A DNA stretch of 64,000 bases, from positions 304,960 through 368,959 of the forward strand of contig PMCS01000029.1 in NCBI GenBank assembly GCA_003154195.1, written 5' to 3'. The notes beneath the pieces were generated by a model that worked only from the letters and a program-made list of their open reading frames with translations, was not told where the DNA came from and searched no databases. Positions 17,463-26,580 of the stretch are shown here, piece by piece. Origin of the DNA: Candidatus Omnitrophota bacterium. GTDB lineage: Bacteria > Omnitrophota > Gorgyraeia > Duberdicusellales > 4484-171. Position 1 is the first letter of the stretch. Every line of letters begins with the position of its first letter. The position numbers and the translations under genes are program-made.

Positions 17463-18710
17463 ATGCCCCAAAAAACCTTCTCTTTTATTTCCTTAGGTTG
17501 TTTCCGCAACACTTACGATTCGCAGGCTATTGCCCAAAGATTCAGCGACAGCGGGTATCGCTTTGTCGGCGAAGGTGAGCCTTGTGATACGCTGGTCGTC
17601 AATACCTGCGGGTTTATTACTGACGCCAAAAAAGAGTCATTGGGAGTTATTGAAGAAGCAATCGGATTGAAGAAAAAAAGAAAAGTAAAACAGATCATTG
17701 TGGTTGGCTGTCTGGTCGAGCGGTATCGTAAAGATTTAGAAAAAAGTTTTCCTCAAGTGGATGAGTGGCGGGGGGTGGAAGAGTTTAACCGGAAATTTAA
17801 GCCGGGAAAAAATGTTTTCTTACCTAAGCACATCGGTTTTTTAAAAGTTTGCGAAGGTTGTTTTAACCATTGCAGTTACTGCGCCATCCCTCTCATCAAA
17901 GGAAAATTCCGCAGCCGGCCGCTAAAGGAATTAATAAAAGAGGCTCGATTTATGGAAAGAAGCGGTGTTCGGGAATTAAATATTATTGGCCAGGATATCA
18001 CCGGCTGGGGAAGAGATTTAGGCGCAAAACAAGATTTAACGCTTTTGGTGAGAGGTATTTTAAAAAACACGAAAAATATACCATGGATAAGAATGATTTA
18101 CACCCACCCGAAACATTTTTCTCATTCTCTCATCGATTTAATCGCCGGAGAACCGCGAATCTGTAAATATATTGATTTGCCTATCCAGCATATCAACGAC
18201 CGGATCCTGAAATTAATGAATCGGGGTGTAACAAAAAAAGAAATAAAAACTCTTATCGAAACGATAAGAAAGAGAATTCCCGGCTGCCACATCAGGACTT
18301 CTTTGATCGTCGGTTTTCCTTCGGAGACGCAAAAGGAATTCAACGAACTTGTTGATTTTGTTGAAGAAATAAAGTTTGAAAAATTAGGCGTATTTACCTA
18401 TTCGCGGGAAGAGGGTACGCCGGCTTTTCGTTATAGCGGCCAAATCCATCAGAAGACAAAAGAGGCGCGACGCGACGCGATGATGACTATACAAAAAGAA
18501 ATATCGCTGAAAGTAAACGAAAAATTTATCGATAAAGAAACCACGGTTTTGGTTGACGAAAAAAATAAAGACTCCTGTATTGGCCGCACTCAATATGACG
18601 CTTATGAAGTGGACGGAGCGGTTATCCTGCCCGCAGGAGGATTTATCCCCGGAAAATTTTATAAAGTTACCGTAACCGACGCGCTGGAATATGATTTGGT
18701 TGCGGGCTAA
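17463..18710 (+). CDS. rimO: Ribosomal protein S12 methylthiotransferase RimO (MiaB-family radical SAM + TRAM)
   Basis: MTTase N-terminal domain (FISLGCFRNTYDSQ), radical SAM motif CEGCFNHCSYC and a C-terminal TRAM domain. The ORF extends upstream to 17409. Confidence 0.8.
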   Translation: MPQKTFSFISLGCFRNTYDSQAIAQRFSDSGYRFVGEGEPCDTLVVNTCGFITDAKKESLGVIEEAIGLKKKRKVKQIIVVGCLVERYRKDLEKSFPQVDEWRGVEEFNRKFKPGKNVFLPKHIGFLKVCEGCFNHCSYCAIPLIKGKFRSRPLKELIKEARFMERSGVRELNIIGQDITGWGRDLGAKQDLTLLVRGILKNTKNIPWIRMIYTHPKHFSHSLIDLIAGEPRICKYIDLPIQHINDRILKLMNRGVTKKEIKTLIETIRKRIPGCHIRTSLIVGFPSETQKEFNELVDFVEEIKFEKLGVFTYSREEGTPAFRYSGQIHQKTKEARRDAMMTIQKEISLKVNEKFIDKETTVLVDEKNKDSCIGRTQYDAYEVDGAVILPAGGFIPGKFYKVTVTDALEYDLVAG

Positions 18711-18724
18711 ACCCCGGCTTTAAA

Positions 18725-18925
18725 ACTTTTTGCCACAAAGCGCAGTGCGGAGTGAAGCGTAGCCTCCCCGAAGGGGACAGAGCTCACGGAGTAAGAAGAA
18801 ATATTTGAAATCAATAGTTTTTTGTTCCCTTCGGGGAGGCTACGCTTTATTACGCACTGTGATTAGCTATTGAATTTTATCTCTGTGTTCTCTGTGTCCT
18901 CCGTGGTGGAATATCTTTCTGTTCG
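18725..18925. repeat. Two head-to-head copies of the MITE-like element (UUCG/GAAG hairpin core + CACAGAG arm)
   Basis: gcgcagtgcggagtgaagcgtagcctccccgaaggggac is the reverse-complement homolog of the 12680-12720 core. gttcccttcggggaggctacgctttattacgcactgtg is the forward homolog. Together they form a ~140-bp palindrome, with arm ctctgtgttctctgtgtcctccgtggtggaatatcttt. Confidence 0.7.
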
Positions 18926-19026
18926 TATTTCCAAAAAACAGGGGAAGTCCTCCGTTAGTTTTCTCTTGTTTGCCTGCCGCGATAGCGGTAAAATAATTAT
19001 CCCCGCGTATACGCGGGGATAATTAT

Positions 19027-19593
19027 ATGAATATTGCCAACCAGCTTACCATCTTACGGATTTTGCTTGCCTTTATCGCAATGGCGCTTATTTTAAAAAA
19101 TACCCCTTTTTCTTTGTCGTGCGCGTTCGTGGTTTTTCTCATCGCTTCGTTCACCGACTTTTTGGACGGTTTTTTGGCGAGGAAAAAAGAGATAATCTCC
19201 GATTTGGGTAAAATCCTCGACCCTATCGCCGATAAAATTCTTATTATCGGCGTTTTTCTCGCTTTTCTCGAGTTGAATATAGTAAATATCTGGATGGTGA
19301 TAGCGATCATGCTCAGGGAATTTATCATTACCGGCCTGCGCTTGTCGGTTTTAAATAAAGGCGTCGTTTTGGAGGCGCGGTTCCTGGGAAAAAATAAGAC
19401 GGTTTCTCAAATGGCCGGCATTATTTTGATTTTTGTTACGCTGATTTTGTATAAAATTTATCCGGGGAATAAAGTGGTGTTTTTTACTTATTTAAAAATT
19501 ATCCCCGCGGTAATGTGGTATGTCGTGGTGATTACCATTTTTTCCGGCGTGCATTATTTATGGGTGAACCGTAAGCTCATAAAAACATTCTAA
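19027..19593 (+). CDS. pgsA: CDP-diacylglycerol--glycerol-3-phosphate 3-phosphatidyltransferase
   Basis: CDP-alcohol phosphatidyltransferase motif DGFLARKK...GKILDPIADK. Confidence 0.85.
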   Translation: MNIANQLTILRILLAFIAMALILKNTPFSLSCAFVVFLIASFTDFLDGFLARKKEIISDLGKILDPIADKILIIGVFLAFLELNIVNIWMVIAIMLREFIITGLRLSVLNKGVVLEARFLGKNKTVSQMAGIILIFVTLILYKIYPGNKVVFFTYLKIIPAVMWYVVVITIFSGVHYLWVNRKLIKTF

Positions 19594-19595
19594 AT

Positions 19596-19745
19596 ACATT
19601 TTTACCACGAAGGCACAAAGAACACGAAGACAAGATATGATTTTAAATCTTTTTATTTTTCTTAATGCTTCAGATGTTAAAAATCTTTATAGTTTTGGAT
19701 TTTTGATTTTCGTGGCTTAGTGCCTTGGTGGTAAAATCTTTATGG
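19596..19745. repeat. MITE-like element variant with terminal inverted repeats only (no UUCG core)
   Basis: Left arm ttttaccacgaaggcacaaagaacacgaag. The reverse complement of right arm cgtggcttagtgccttggtggtaaaatcttt is aaagattttaccaccaaggcactaagccacg. Confidence 0.65.
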
Positions 19746-19802
19746 TTTTGTTTTTATATTTTTCCGGGAATAGAAGAACTTTTAATCTAGGAGGTAAATT
19801 GA

Positions 19803-20297
19803 GTGGCGATGGATTCTGACAAAAAATTGGGAAACTTATCGTTTATCGATAAAACGAGCTTGGTTATTTCAACCGTTTTCGGTATCGGTTATACCCCTTT
19901 ATGTCCGGGCAGCGCTGCCTGCGTCGCCGCGGTTTTAGTTTTTCTTATCATTAAGAACCAAACATTTTTTTTAATTTTTACCGCCGCGAGCATTATTTTA
20001 GCTTTTGTTTTTCCCGGCCGCGCCGAAAAAATTTACGCGAAAAAAGACGATAAGCATATTGTTATCGATGATTTTTCCGGCATGCTTTTATCCTTTTTAT
20101 TTATTCCCCGCGATGTTCCTTTTGCCGTCGTCGGTTTTTTTCTTTTCCGGATGTTCGACATGCTGAAAATTCATCCGGCCGACCGAGTCGAAAAATACCC
20201 CGGCGCCATCGGCATCACCAGCGATGATTTGATCGCCGGTGCCTACGCCAATATTATCCTGCAAATCGTAAGGCATCTTCCCGGTGTTTCATCGTAA
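19803..20297 (+). CDS. pgpA: Phosphatidylglycerophosphatase A
   Basis: PgpA family (VFGIGYTPLCPGSAACVAAVLVFLI). AGGAGG lies 8 nt before the GTG at 19803, and an ATG sits at 19809. Confidence 0.8.
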   Translation: MAMDSDKKLGNLSFIDKTSLVISTVFGIGYTPLCPGSAACVAAVLVFLIIKNQTFFLIFTAASIILAFVFPGRAEKIYAKKDDKHIVIDDFSGMLLSFLFIPRDVPFAVVGFFLFRMFDMLKIHPADRVEKYPGAIGITSDDLIAGAYANIILQIVRHLPGVSS

Positions 20298-20478
20298 GAT
20301 TGAAATTTTTTCAATACGAAGTTGAAAAATCCCGTAAAAAATGTTATATTTAAACCGGGAAGGAAGGGCTGATTGGTTTAACTGTAAAAATATGCCGGAG
20401 AGTATTTTCCGGTTGATATCTAAAGGTTGAAACGCAGATTCTTTATAATTCTTCAAAGCGTAAAATAGGGTTACCTAT

Positions 20479-20967
20479 ATGGCTAAAATGAGACCTTTGC
20501 CGGTTAAAAAAAGCATTACTTTGGCGGAAATGCTGCTTGCTACGGCGATAACCGCTTTTGCGATTTGTAATATATTGGTAATGTACACAGCTTGTTTTGA
20601 CCTGATTGGAACAGCGAAAAATATGAATATTGCAACCAACGCCGCGCAGGGGTTGATCGAAGGAATGCGCAATAGCACCTTTCAGCAAATTGACGATACT
20701 TATGGCGTTAATCCTACTGCCGATGCCGACATATCCTATAGTAATTTTGTTGTTAACGCGATACCATCGAGCATGGGTGTGGTGTATATAAACGACACTA
20801 ATCCGGAATTGCTGCAAGCTACGGTAAGTGTCTGCTGGCGTCAAAAAAACAGAGTTATCGGAGAAGATAAAAATTTAAACGGCGCCCTCGACGCGGGAGA
20901 GGACGCTAACGGCAACAAGATAATCGATTCGCCTGTTGAATTGACTACCTTAATCGTTAATCGGTGA
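20479..20967 (+). CDS. Type IV pilin-like / pseudopilin protein with atypical prepilin N-terminus
   Basis: A hydrophobic N-terminal helix (KKSITLAEMLLATAITAFAICNILV) that resembles the methylation motif but lacks the conserved Gly. Confidence 0.5.
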   Translation: MAKMRPLPVKKSITLAEMLLATAITAFAICNILVMYTACFDLIGTAKNMNIATNAAQGLIEGMRNSTFQQIDDTYGVNPTADADISYSNFVVNAIPSSMGVVYINDTNPELLQATVSVCWRQKNRVIGEDKNLNGALDAGEDANGNKIIDSPVELTTLIVNR

Positions 20968-20971
20968 GAAT

Positions 20972-21565
20972 ATGAATAATTTTAGCCATGAATTGCAAGG
21001 TCGCTTTCTACTGGAGTGCGGCCGCCCGAAAGAGGAAGCCATAATAGCAGGGCGGCGGGGTTTCACTCTGGTGGAGATTATCGTTGCTTTTTCCCTTATG
21101 GTTGTTATTTCGGGGATGCTGGTTATTGTTTTTTCTGCAGGGCAGCGGGCGTGGTTTACTGCCGATGCCACAGTTGCGTTGCGCGACCAGACGATGCGTT
21201 TAGCCAGGACGATGGGAAAAGAATTGAGTCTGACCCGGCCGTCAAAAACCAATTTAGACCTCGGCGCGTCAAACAGCGTCTTGACCTTTCCTTTGCCACA
21301 GGATAATAACGGAGACGGCACTATTTTGGATGCTTCCGGTAATGTAGAATGGTCGGCAACGATCACCTATTCCCTGAATGGTTCGGGCCAGGTTGTGCGT
21401 AATTTTGCGGGAGCGGATTCAATAATCGGGATTAACATCTCGTTTTTACGCTTTACCCGTATCCAGGATACACTTATGCAAATCGATATTACCGCCCAGA
21501 AAACGGTTCGCCAGGGACAGCTTATCCAGGATACGGAACAGGTCAAAGTAAAAATGAGGAATTGA
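20972..21565 (+). CDS. Prepilin-type N-terminal cleavage/methylation domain protein (minor pilin)
   Basis: RRGFTLVEIIVAFSLMVVISGMLVIV is a classic GFTLxE motif. Confidence 0.7.
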   Translation: MNNFSHELQGRFLLECGRPKEEAIIAGRRGFTLVEIIVAFSLMVVISGMLVIVFSAGQRAWFTADATVALRDQTMRLARTMGKELSLTRPSKTNLDLGASNSVLTFPLPQDNNGDGTILDASGNVEWSATITYSLNGSGQVVRNFAGADSIIGINISFLRFTRIQDTLMQIDITAQKTVRQGQLIQDTEQVKVKMRN

Positions 21566-22917
21566 TTATGGCTAGACTAAAACTAAGCGCAAAAAGAAGA
21601 AAAGGGGCAATTCTGGTCCTGGTTTATATGGTCATCGTGTCGCTGGCTATTTACGCGGTAGCGTTTTTAAACCGCGGCGTCTATCATTACCGGGCTGTTA
21701 CTTTTTCTAAAGAGTATACTCAGGCATTCGATTTAGCCGAAGCCGGCCTGGATCGCGCAATCTCCTGGCTCAGGGTACAACCGTCCTACCCCAATGGTAA
21801 TTATACTAATCCGTGGCCGGGAGGAGTACAGAATCTGGGGACGGGCAATAACATTATCGGTGATTATACCGTTTCTATTTTTGATTTAGGCGCTCCTTCG
21901 GGGGGCTCGGGGATGAAAAGGTATAAGGTAACGTCCACGGGGGTCGCAGGAGCGATAAAGCGAACGCTGACTAATTATCTGCAGACCGATAATTATGCCC
22001 GGTTCATCTGGTTTACCGACCAGGAGAATTACGGCACATCCGAGGTCTGGTTTTGGACGCAGGACTATTTAGACGGTCCTACGCATACCAATACGCATTT
22101 TAATGTATTTGGACAGCCGACTTTTGACGGAGAAGCGGAATCAGCCGATGAGTTTTTGAAATTTTATAACAACGGCCATGAAAAGACGGGAAATGACGGC
22201 CAGATAAATAATACGCCTTACGACAAACCGAATTTTAACGCCGGGATGACTTTTGGCGTCAACCAGACCGCTATGCCGTCAAAGGCCGCAAATTTAAGGG
22301 CCGCGGCCGCTACCGACAGCGGAATGTGGTTTCAGGGCGATACGACGATTGTGTTGAACTCCAACAGCACGATGACGGTCACTAACAGTAAAAAAGGATG
22401 GACCAATCATAATGGGCCTTTACCTGCCAACGGCGCGCTTTTTGTCACAACCGATAGCAAGGGCAATGGCGGCAATTTGAATATTTCCGGGGCTTTAAAC
22501 GGTAGGCTAACGGTCGGCGCGGCCCGAGATGTGAATATACCGGGTAACCTGACCTATGTTCATGATCCCCGGGTTAATGCTACTTCAACCGATACTATGG
22601 GGATAATTTCGGAGCAGGATGTCGTGATTGATTCCAATGCCCCGACCAATCTGGAAATCGACGCTTCGATTATGGCGCTGAAAAGCTCCTTTATGCTTGA
22701 TAACTGGGATTCCGGTTCTCCTAAAGGTAATCTTACGGTTTATGGAGGGATTATCCAGGATCAGCGAGGCCCGGTAGGGACGTTTAACGGCGCCACCGGC
22801 CAGAAACTGACCGGCTATTCGAAAAACTATTCGTATGATGAGCGCTTGCTTACCAGCCCGCCGCCTTTTGTTCCTACGACGGGAGATTTCATTACTTTAT
22901 CCTGGGAGGAGGATTAG
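21562..22917 (+). CDS. PilX-like large minor pilin
   Basis: PilX_N-type N-terminus (RRKGAILVLVYMVIVSLAIYAVAFL) and a large Thr/Asn/Gly-rich beta domain; translationally coupled to the neighbouring genes. Confidence 0.55.
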   Translation: MIMARLKLSAKRRKGAILVLVYMVIVSLAIYAVAFLNRGVYHYRAVTFSKEYTQAFDLAEAGLDRAISWLRVQPSYPNGNYTNPWPGGVQNLGTGNNIIGDYTVSIFDLGAPSGGSGMKRYKVTSTGVAGAIKRTLTNYLQTDNYARFIWFTDQENYGTSEVWFWTQDYLDGPTHTNTHFNVFGQPTFDGEAESADEFLKFYNNGHEKTGNDGQINNTPYDKPNFNAGMTFGVNQTAMPSKAANLRAAAATDSGMWFQGDTTIVLNSNSTMTVTNSKKGWTNHNGPLPANGALFVTTDSKGNGGNLNISGALNGRLTVGAARDVNIPGNLTYVHDPRVNATSTDTMGIISEQDVVIDSNAPTNLEIDASIMALKSSFMLDNWDSGSPKGNLTVYGGIIQDQRGPVGTFNGATGQKLTGYSKNYSYDERLLTSPPPFVPTTGDFITLSWEED

Positions 22918-22920
22918 CGC

Positions 22921-23358
22921 ATGAAAAATAAATTATTATTTATTTTAGTGATATTGTTAATCCCCCTGGCCAGTATTATTTTTTTCTTTAATCCCGGGAG
23001 TTTAGTGCCGACCGCCGTGCTTCCCGAACCAAAAATCGAAAAGGAAAAAATAGCAAAAGAAATCCAATTTCCTGTTTCATCTCCGGCATCTCCGTTACCG
23101 CAGGCAATAACGATGATTACGCCGCCGCGTAAGGAAAAAAGGGCTAAGCCGGAGGCCGCTGTCGTTAAAAATATGGTAAAAAAGGAAGCAGAAGTTGCTT
23201 CTTCGCCGGAAAGCGCCGAGCCGCCTGTCGGGATAGAAATTACTTCGCCCGAATCTCGAAATAACCCTTCCCAATCCGGCTCCGGTAATAAAATTAATAA
23301 AAAAATTACCCCAGTGCAGCAGGAAGAAATGAAGACAAAAGGGATAATGATTTACTAA
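22921..23358 (+). CDS. Pilus-operon membrane-anchored Pro/Glu/Lys-rich protein
   Basis: N-terminal TM helix followed by a low-complexity periplasmic tail; last gene of the pilin operon. Confidence 0.4.
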   Translation: MKNKLLFILVILLIPLASIIFFFNPGSLVPTAVLPEPKIEKEKIAKEIQFPVSSPASPLPQAITMITPPRKEKRAKPEAAVVKNMVKKEAEVASSPESAEPPVGIEITSPESRNNPSQSGSGNKINKKITPVQQEEMKTKGIMIY

Positions 23359-23371
23359 CCGCAAAAATGCG

Positions 23372-23929
23372 TTACGGTATTTTTCCGGTTAAGGGTTGCG
23401 AGAAAATTTCTTCGTAGGTTGGTCTCTGGGCAGATAAGATACTTTTGAACAATACAATCTCGCCTATCGTAAATTCGTCCCGCGGTTTTAAAATTTCAAT
23501 TTTTTTCGCAAGTTTTTCTATATTTTCCGGGTTCTTTATCCGCGCCAGGGTAATGTGAGGTTTAAACCTGTTCTCTCGGACAAACCCCGATTTTTCTAAA
23601 TTTTTCTCCAAGGTTCGCGCGATTATCCCTAAGCGCGTTTCATTATCGGTAGCGATAAAAAAAATTTTCGGCCGTCGTTCATGGGGGAAAAATCCCCAAT
23701 CGGTCAAACGGACGTTCACCGCGCTGAATCCGCGCGCGGTATTTCCCATAGCCGCCTTGATGCTTTCGAGGCCCCGTGGCTCAACTTCGCCCAAAAATTT
23801 TATGGTGAGATGCAGATTTTGCGCTCTAACAAAACTCGCTTTCACGCCGCAATATTTTATCGTTTCCATGCACCGTCCAAGAATGGTTTTGATCTTTTCC
23901 GGTAAGGGGAAGGCGATGAATAAACGCAT
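23372..23929 (-). CDS. thpR: RNA 2',3'-cyclic phosphodiesterase (2'-5' RNA ligase family)
   Basis: Two H-x-T/S-x motifs (HLTIKFLG and HITLARI). The ORF may extend upstream to 23956. Confidence 0.8.
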   Translation of the reverse strand: MRLFIAFPLPEKIKTILGRCMETIKYCGVKASFVRAQNLHLTIKFLGEVEPRGLESIKAAMGNTARGFSAVNVRLTDWGFFPHERRPKIFFIATDNETRLGIIARTLEKNLEKSGFVRENRFKPHITLARIKNPENIEKLAKKIEILKPRDEFTIGEIVLFKSILSAQRPTYEEIFSQPLTGKIP

Positions 23930-23980
23930 ATTAATAATCCTGTAGGGGCGAGGCATGCCTAGCCCGATAATCTTTAATCA

Positions 23981-24469
23981 TTATTTTTTAACGGGCCGGG
24001 CATGCCCGGCCCCTACCTGGTTATAAATCATTTCTATCAGTATCATACTTGCTTCTTTCCGTACTTTATCCCGGCTTCCTTTTATCATTACTTTTTTAAC
24101 CGACGTTTTATTTCGGTAAGAAACGCTTAAGAAGACCTGCCCTACATTTTTTCCGGCCGGCCCGGCAAATCCGGTGAGCGCGGCGCCAACGTCGGTATTT
24201 AAGATATTCTTTACGCGCCTGGCTAGTAAAGAGGTAATTTTTCTTGATACACCCTGGGTTTGCCGCAAAATTGCCGGAGGTATTTTGAAAAACTTAGTTT
24301 TTGCTTCCAAGGAGTAAACGACAATACTGCCCCGGAAGATTCGGGAGCTGCCGGGTATTTTTGTTAAAAGATAGGAAACGTATCCGCCGCTTGCCGATTC
24401 AGCGCAGGCCAGCGTAAGTTTTTCTTTCCCAAGCTTATCGATCAATTTTCGAAGGGTTTTCATAATCAT
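23981..24469 (-). CDS. pncC: CinA C-terminal domain protein (nicotinamide-nucleotide amidohydrolase PncC-like)
   Basis: CinA_C signature LTLACAESASGGYVSYLLTKIPGSS...GAALTGFAGP. Confidence 0.75.
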   Translation of the reverse strand: MIMKTLRKLIDKLGKEKLTLACAESASGGYVSYLLTKIPGSSRIFRGSIVVYSLEAKTKFFKIPPAILRQTQGVSRKITSLLARRVKNILNTDVGAALTGFAGPAGKNVGQVFLSVSYRNKTSVKKVMIKGSRDKVRKEASMILIEMIYNQVGAGHARPVKK

Positions 24470-24480
24470 ATTGTATCAGA

Positions 24481-24509
24481 GTTTATTTTTTGCGCAGTAA
24501 AAAATAAAC
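24481..24509. promoter_or_regulatory. AT-rich perfect palindrome GTTTATTTTTTGC-GCAG-TAAAAAATAAAC (copy 1 of 3)
   Basis: Inverted repeat seen by eye. The same core is found at 25727-25759 and 26581-26605. Confidence 0.5.
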
Positions 24510-24676
24510 TAAAAATAACTATTTGACTGCCGAAGCGGTTTATGTTAAAACTAAAGATAATTTCCGGATTTTCTCTTGTTACGCCGCGAAGGAGCCAACG
24601 TTAATATTATTGATAAACTCGACGGCTGTTTTTGGAGCATTTATAAAAGCTGCTGCAATGGCCCTTAACGGTAACC

Positions 24677-24838
24677 ATGCCTATGGAAACTTTGCATCCT
24701 AAGATAGGTATCATCGGCGGGGGTAATGTAGGCATACGTTATGCCTGCGGCCTGATGATCAATGGCCTGGCGCGTTCGATCATCATCGTTGATTTGGATA
24801 AGAAGCGTTCTCAGGGTGAGGCGAAGTATTGCGCTTAA
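24677..24838 (+). pseudogene. Remnant of the N-terminus of an L-lactate/malate dehydrogenase (NAD-binding Rossmann start), 53 codons then stop
   Basis: Translation MPMETLHPKIGIIGGGNVGIRYACGLMINGLARSIIIVDLDKKRSQGEAKYCA* matches the LDH/MDH N-terminal signature KIGIIGAGNVG...LIDI...GEA. No continuation follows. Confidence 0.55.
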
Positions 24839-24914
24839 ACCTTAATGAAGAAGAAGGGGAAAATTTTGAGAAGTCGGCGCAAACGCTGAAAAATATTATA
24901 AGAGGGGTAGGTTT

Positions 24915-25727
24915 ATGATTGTGGAAGCTAAGTTGATAAAGAGAATACCCCGGACTGCCAACGTGGAAAGCTTCAGATTTGTTCTTTTAAGTAAGGTTGA
25001 TAATAAACCGTTGAGCCAAAATGTGAATTCGGTGCTGCCTTCCCCCGCCGCCGCGCCTTTTTCCGCCAAAACCGGCGTCGGCAGTTCTTTAAACCAAAGG
25101 TTTAATTTTTTCCCGGGTCAATTTGTCCAGGTGATTTTTGACCGGACGAATATCAGCAATGCTTTATTTAATAAATATCTTTCTTTTTCCTCTTCGCCTA
25201 CCAAAGATTACATGGAGGTCACCAAAAAATTAAGCGAAAGCCAATTTTCCCAGAAACTTAAGAATTTAAAAATAGACGATACAGTCTTTTTAAACGGGCC
25301 GCTGGGCAATTGCGTATTCAGGGACAATGACGACAGGCTGTGTTTTCTTGTTGGAGGAATAGGAGTAACCCCGGCAATTTCCATTATCGAATACGTGATG
25401 GAAAAAAAGCTGGGCACGGATATTACGCTTATTTATTCCAATAAAACGGAAGGCGACATCGCTTTCAAGAGAGAATTGGATGTATGGCAGGCCATAAATA
25501 AGAAGGTAAGGGTTGTATATATTGTAACGGAAGCAAGGCCGGAAGACAAATCGTGTTTGTGGGGGGTACTCAACAAAAATTTATTGATCCGCGAAGTTAA
25601 AGACATAGATAAGAGGGTTTTTTTTATTTTCGGCCCGCCGGTAATGGTTACGGCAATGAAGAATTTATGCGTCGAAGCCGATTGCCCAGGCAGGAGCATC
25701 AGGGCAGAGAATTTTATCGGGTACTAA
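24915..25727 (+). CDS. FAD/NAD(P)-binding oxidoreductase of the ferredoxin-NADP reductase (FNR/PyrK-like) family
   Basis: FPGQFVQVIF...FLVGGIGVTPAISII...FIFGPPVMV. RBS AGAGGGG. Confidence 0.6.
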   Translation: MIVEAKLIKRIPRTANVESFRFVLLSKVDNKPLSQNVNSVLPSPAAAPFSAKTGVGSSLNQRFNFFPGQFVQVIFDRTNISNALFNKYLSFSSSPTKDYMEVTKKLSESQFSQKLKNLKIDDTVFLNGPLGNCVFRDNDDRLCFLVGGIGVTPAISIIEYVMEKKLGTDITLIYSNKTEGDIAFKRELDVWQAINKKVRVVYIVTEARPEDKSCLWGVLNKNLLIREVKDIDKRVFFIFGPPVMVTAMKNLCVEADCPGRSIRAENFIGY

Positions 25728-25775
25728 TGTTTATTTTTTGCGGCGCAAAAAATAAACATCGGCCGCTTCGCGGAT
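25727..25775. promoter_or_regulatory. AT-rich palindrome ATGTTTATTTTTTGCG-G-CGCAAAAAATAAACAT plus GCCGCTTCGCGGAT box (copy 2 of 3)
   Basis: A 16-bp perfect stem, followed by catcggccgcttcgcggat. Lies between the FNR-like stop and the nfu-like gene. Confidence 0.55.
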
Positions 25776-25816
25776 AAAGAAAAATAAACAATAAATCAAA
25801 AAATGGAGATAAGGAC

Positions 25817-26041
25817 ATGAAAGAAAAAGTCGAAAAAGCCTTAAAAAAAATCAGGCCGTTTCTGGAAGCGGAAGGCGGCAACGTTGAGCTGGTTGACGTT
25901 ACGGATGATGGCGTGGTCAAGTTGCGCTTAAGCGGCGCATGCGGGTGTTGCCCGATGAGTGCTTATACCTTGAAAATGGGGATTGAGCAGAAACTTAAAG
26001 AGGAAGTGCCGGAAGTCAAGAGCGTGGAGCAGGTAAAGTGA
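25817..26041 (+). CDS. NifU-like (Nfu) Fe-S cluster assembly domain protein
   Basis: [37 protein letters not shown]. Confidence 0.8.
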   Translation: MKEKVEKALKKIRPFLEAEGGNVELVDVTDDGVVKLRLSGACGCCPMSAYTLKMGIEQKLKEEVPEVKSVEQVK

Positions 26042-26092
26042 AAACGCAACGCACATCTTTTGAGAGTATGGCAAAAAGAAAAAGGAGGAACT

Positions 26093-26578
26093 ATGGATAA
26101 GAAATTATATGAGGCGATTAATGACCAGATTAACAATGAGTTGGCTTCAGCGTATTTGTATTTGTCGATGGCGTCATATTTCGATTCAATGAACCTTGGT
26201 GGTTTCGCGCATTGGATGAAGAAGCAGGCTAAAGAAGAGCATAAACACGCGATGAAGTTTTATGAATTTTTGAACGATCGGAATGAAAGGGTAGTTTTAA
26301 AAGCGATTGCTCAGCCAGCGACGGAATTTTCTTCCGCCTTGGAAGTATTTAAGAAGACGCTTGAGCATGAAAAAAAAGTTACTGCTTTAATCGATAATAT
26401 TTATGCGATTGCCAAAAAAGTTAACGATAACTCCGCGGAAGTAATGTTGCATTGGTTTATTAATGAGCAAGTGGAAGAGGAAAAGAGTCCCGCGACGATT
26501 TTGGAAACACTTAAGATTATTAAGGCGGAAGGCGCGGCATTGATTATGTTGGATAGGGAATTGGCCAAGAGAGAATAA
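26093..26578 (+). CDS. ftn: Ferritin
   Basis: Ferritin di-iron ligand pattern (E..AS..Y...A......GFA.W...QA.EE..HA). RBS AAAGGAGG lies 6 nt before the ATG at 26093; the ORF is open from 26060. Confidence 0.8.
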   Translation: MDKKLYEAINDQINNELASAYLYLSMASYFDSMNLGGFAHWMKKQAKEEHKHAMKFYEFLNDRNERVVLKAIAQPATEFSSALEVFKKTLEHEKKVTALIDNIYAIAKKVNDNSAEVMLHWFINEQVEEEKSPATILETLKIIKAEGAALIMLDRELAKRE

Positions 26579-26580
26579 TA

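Noticed and set aside
181-19745. CRISPR array possibility for the CACGAAG-type repeats
   Set aside because: The repeats are imperfect, unevenly spaced, occur as inverted pairs around a hairpin core, and there are no cas genes. This is MITE-like, not CRISPR-like.
20443-20844. 133-aa minus-strand ORF
   Set aside because: It lies fully antisense to the pseudopilin gene, which has a recognisable prepilin N-terminus. It has no homology signal.
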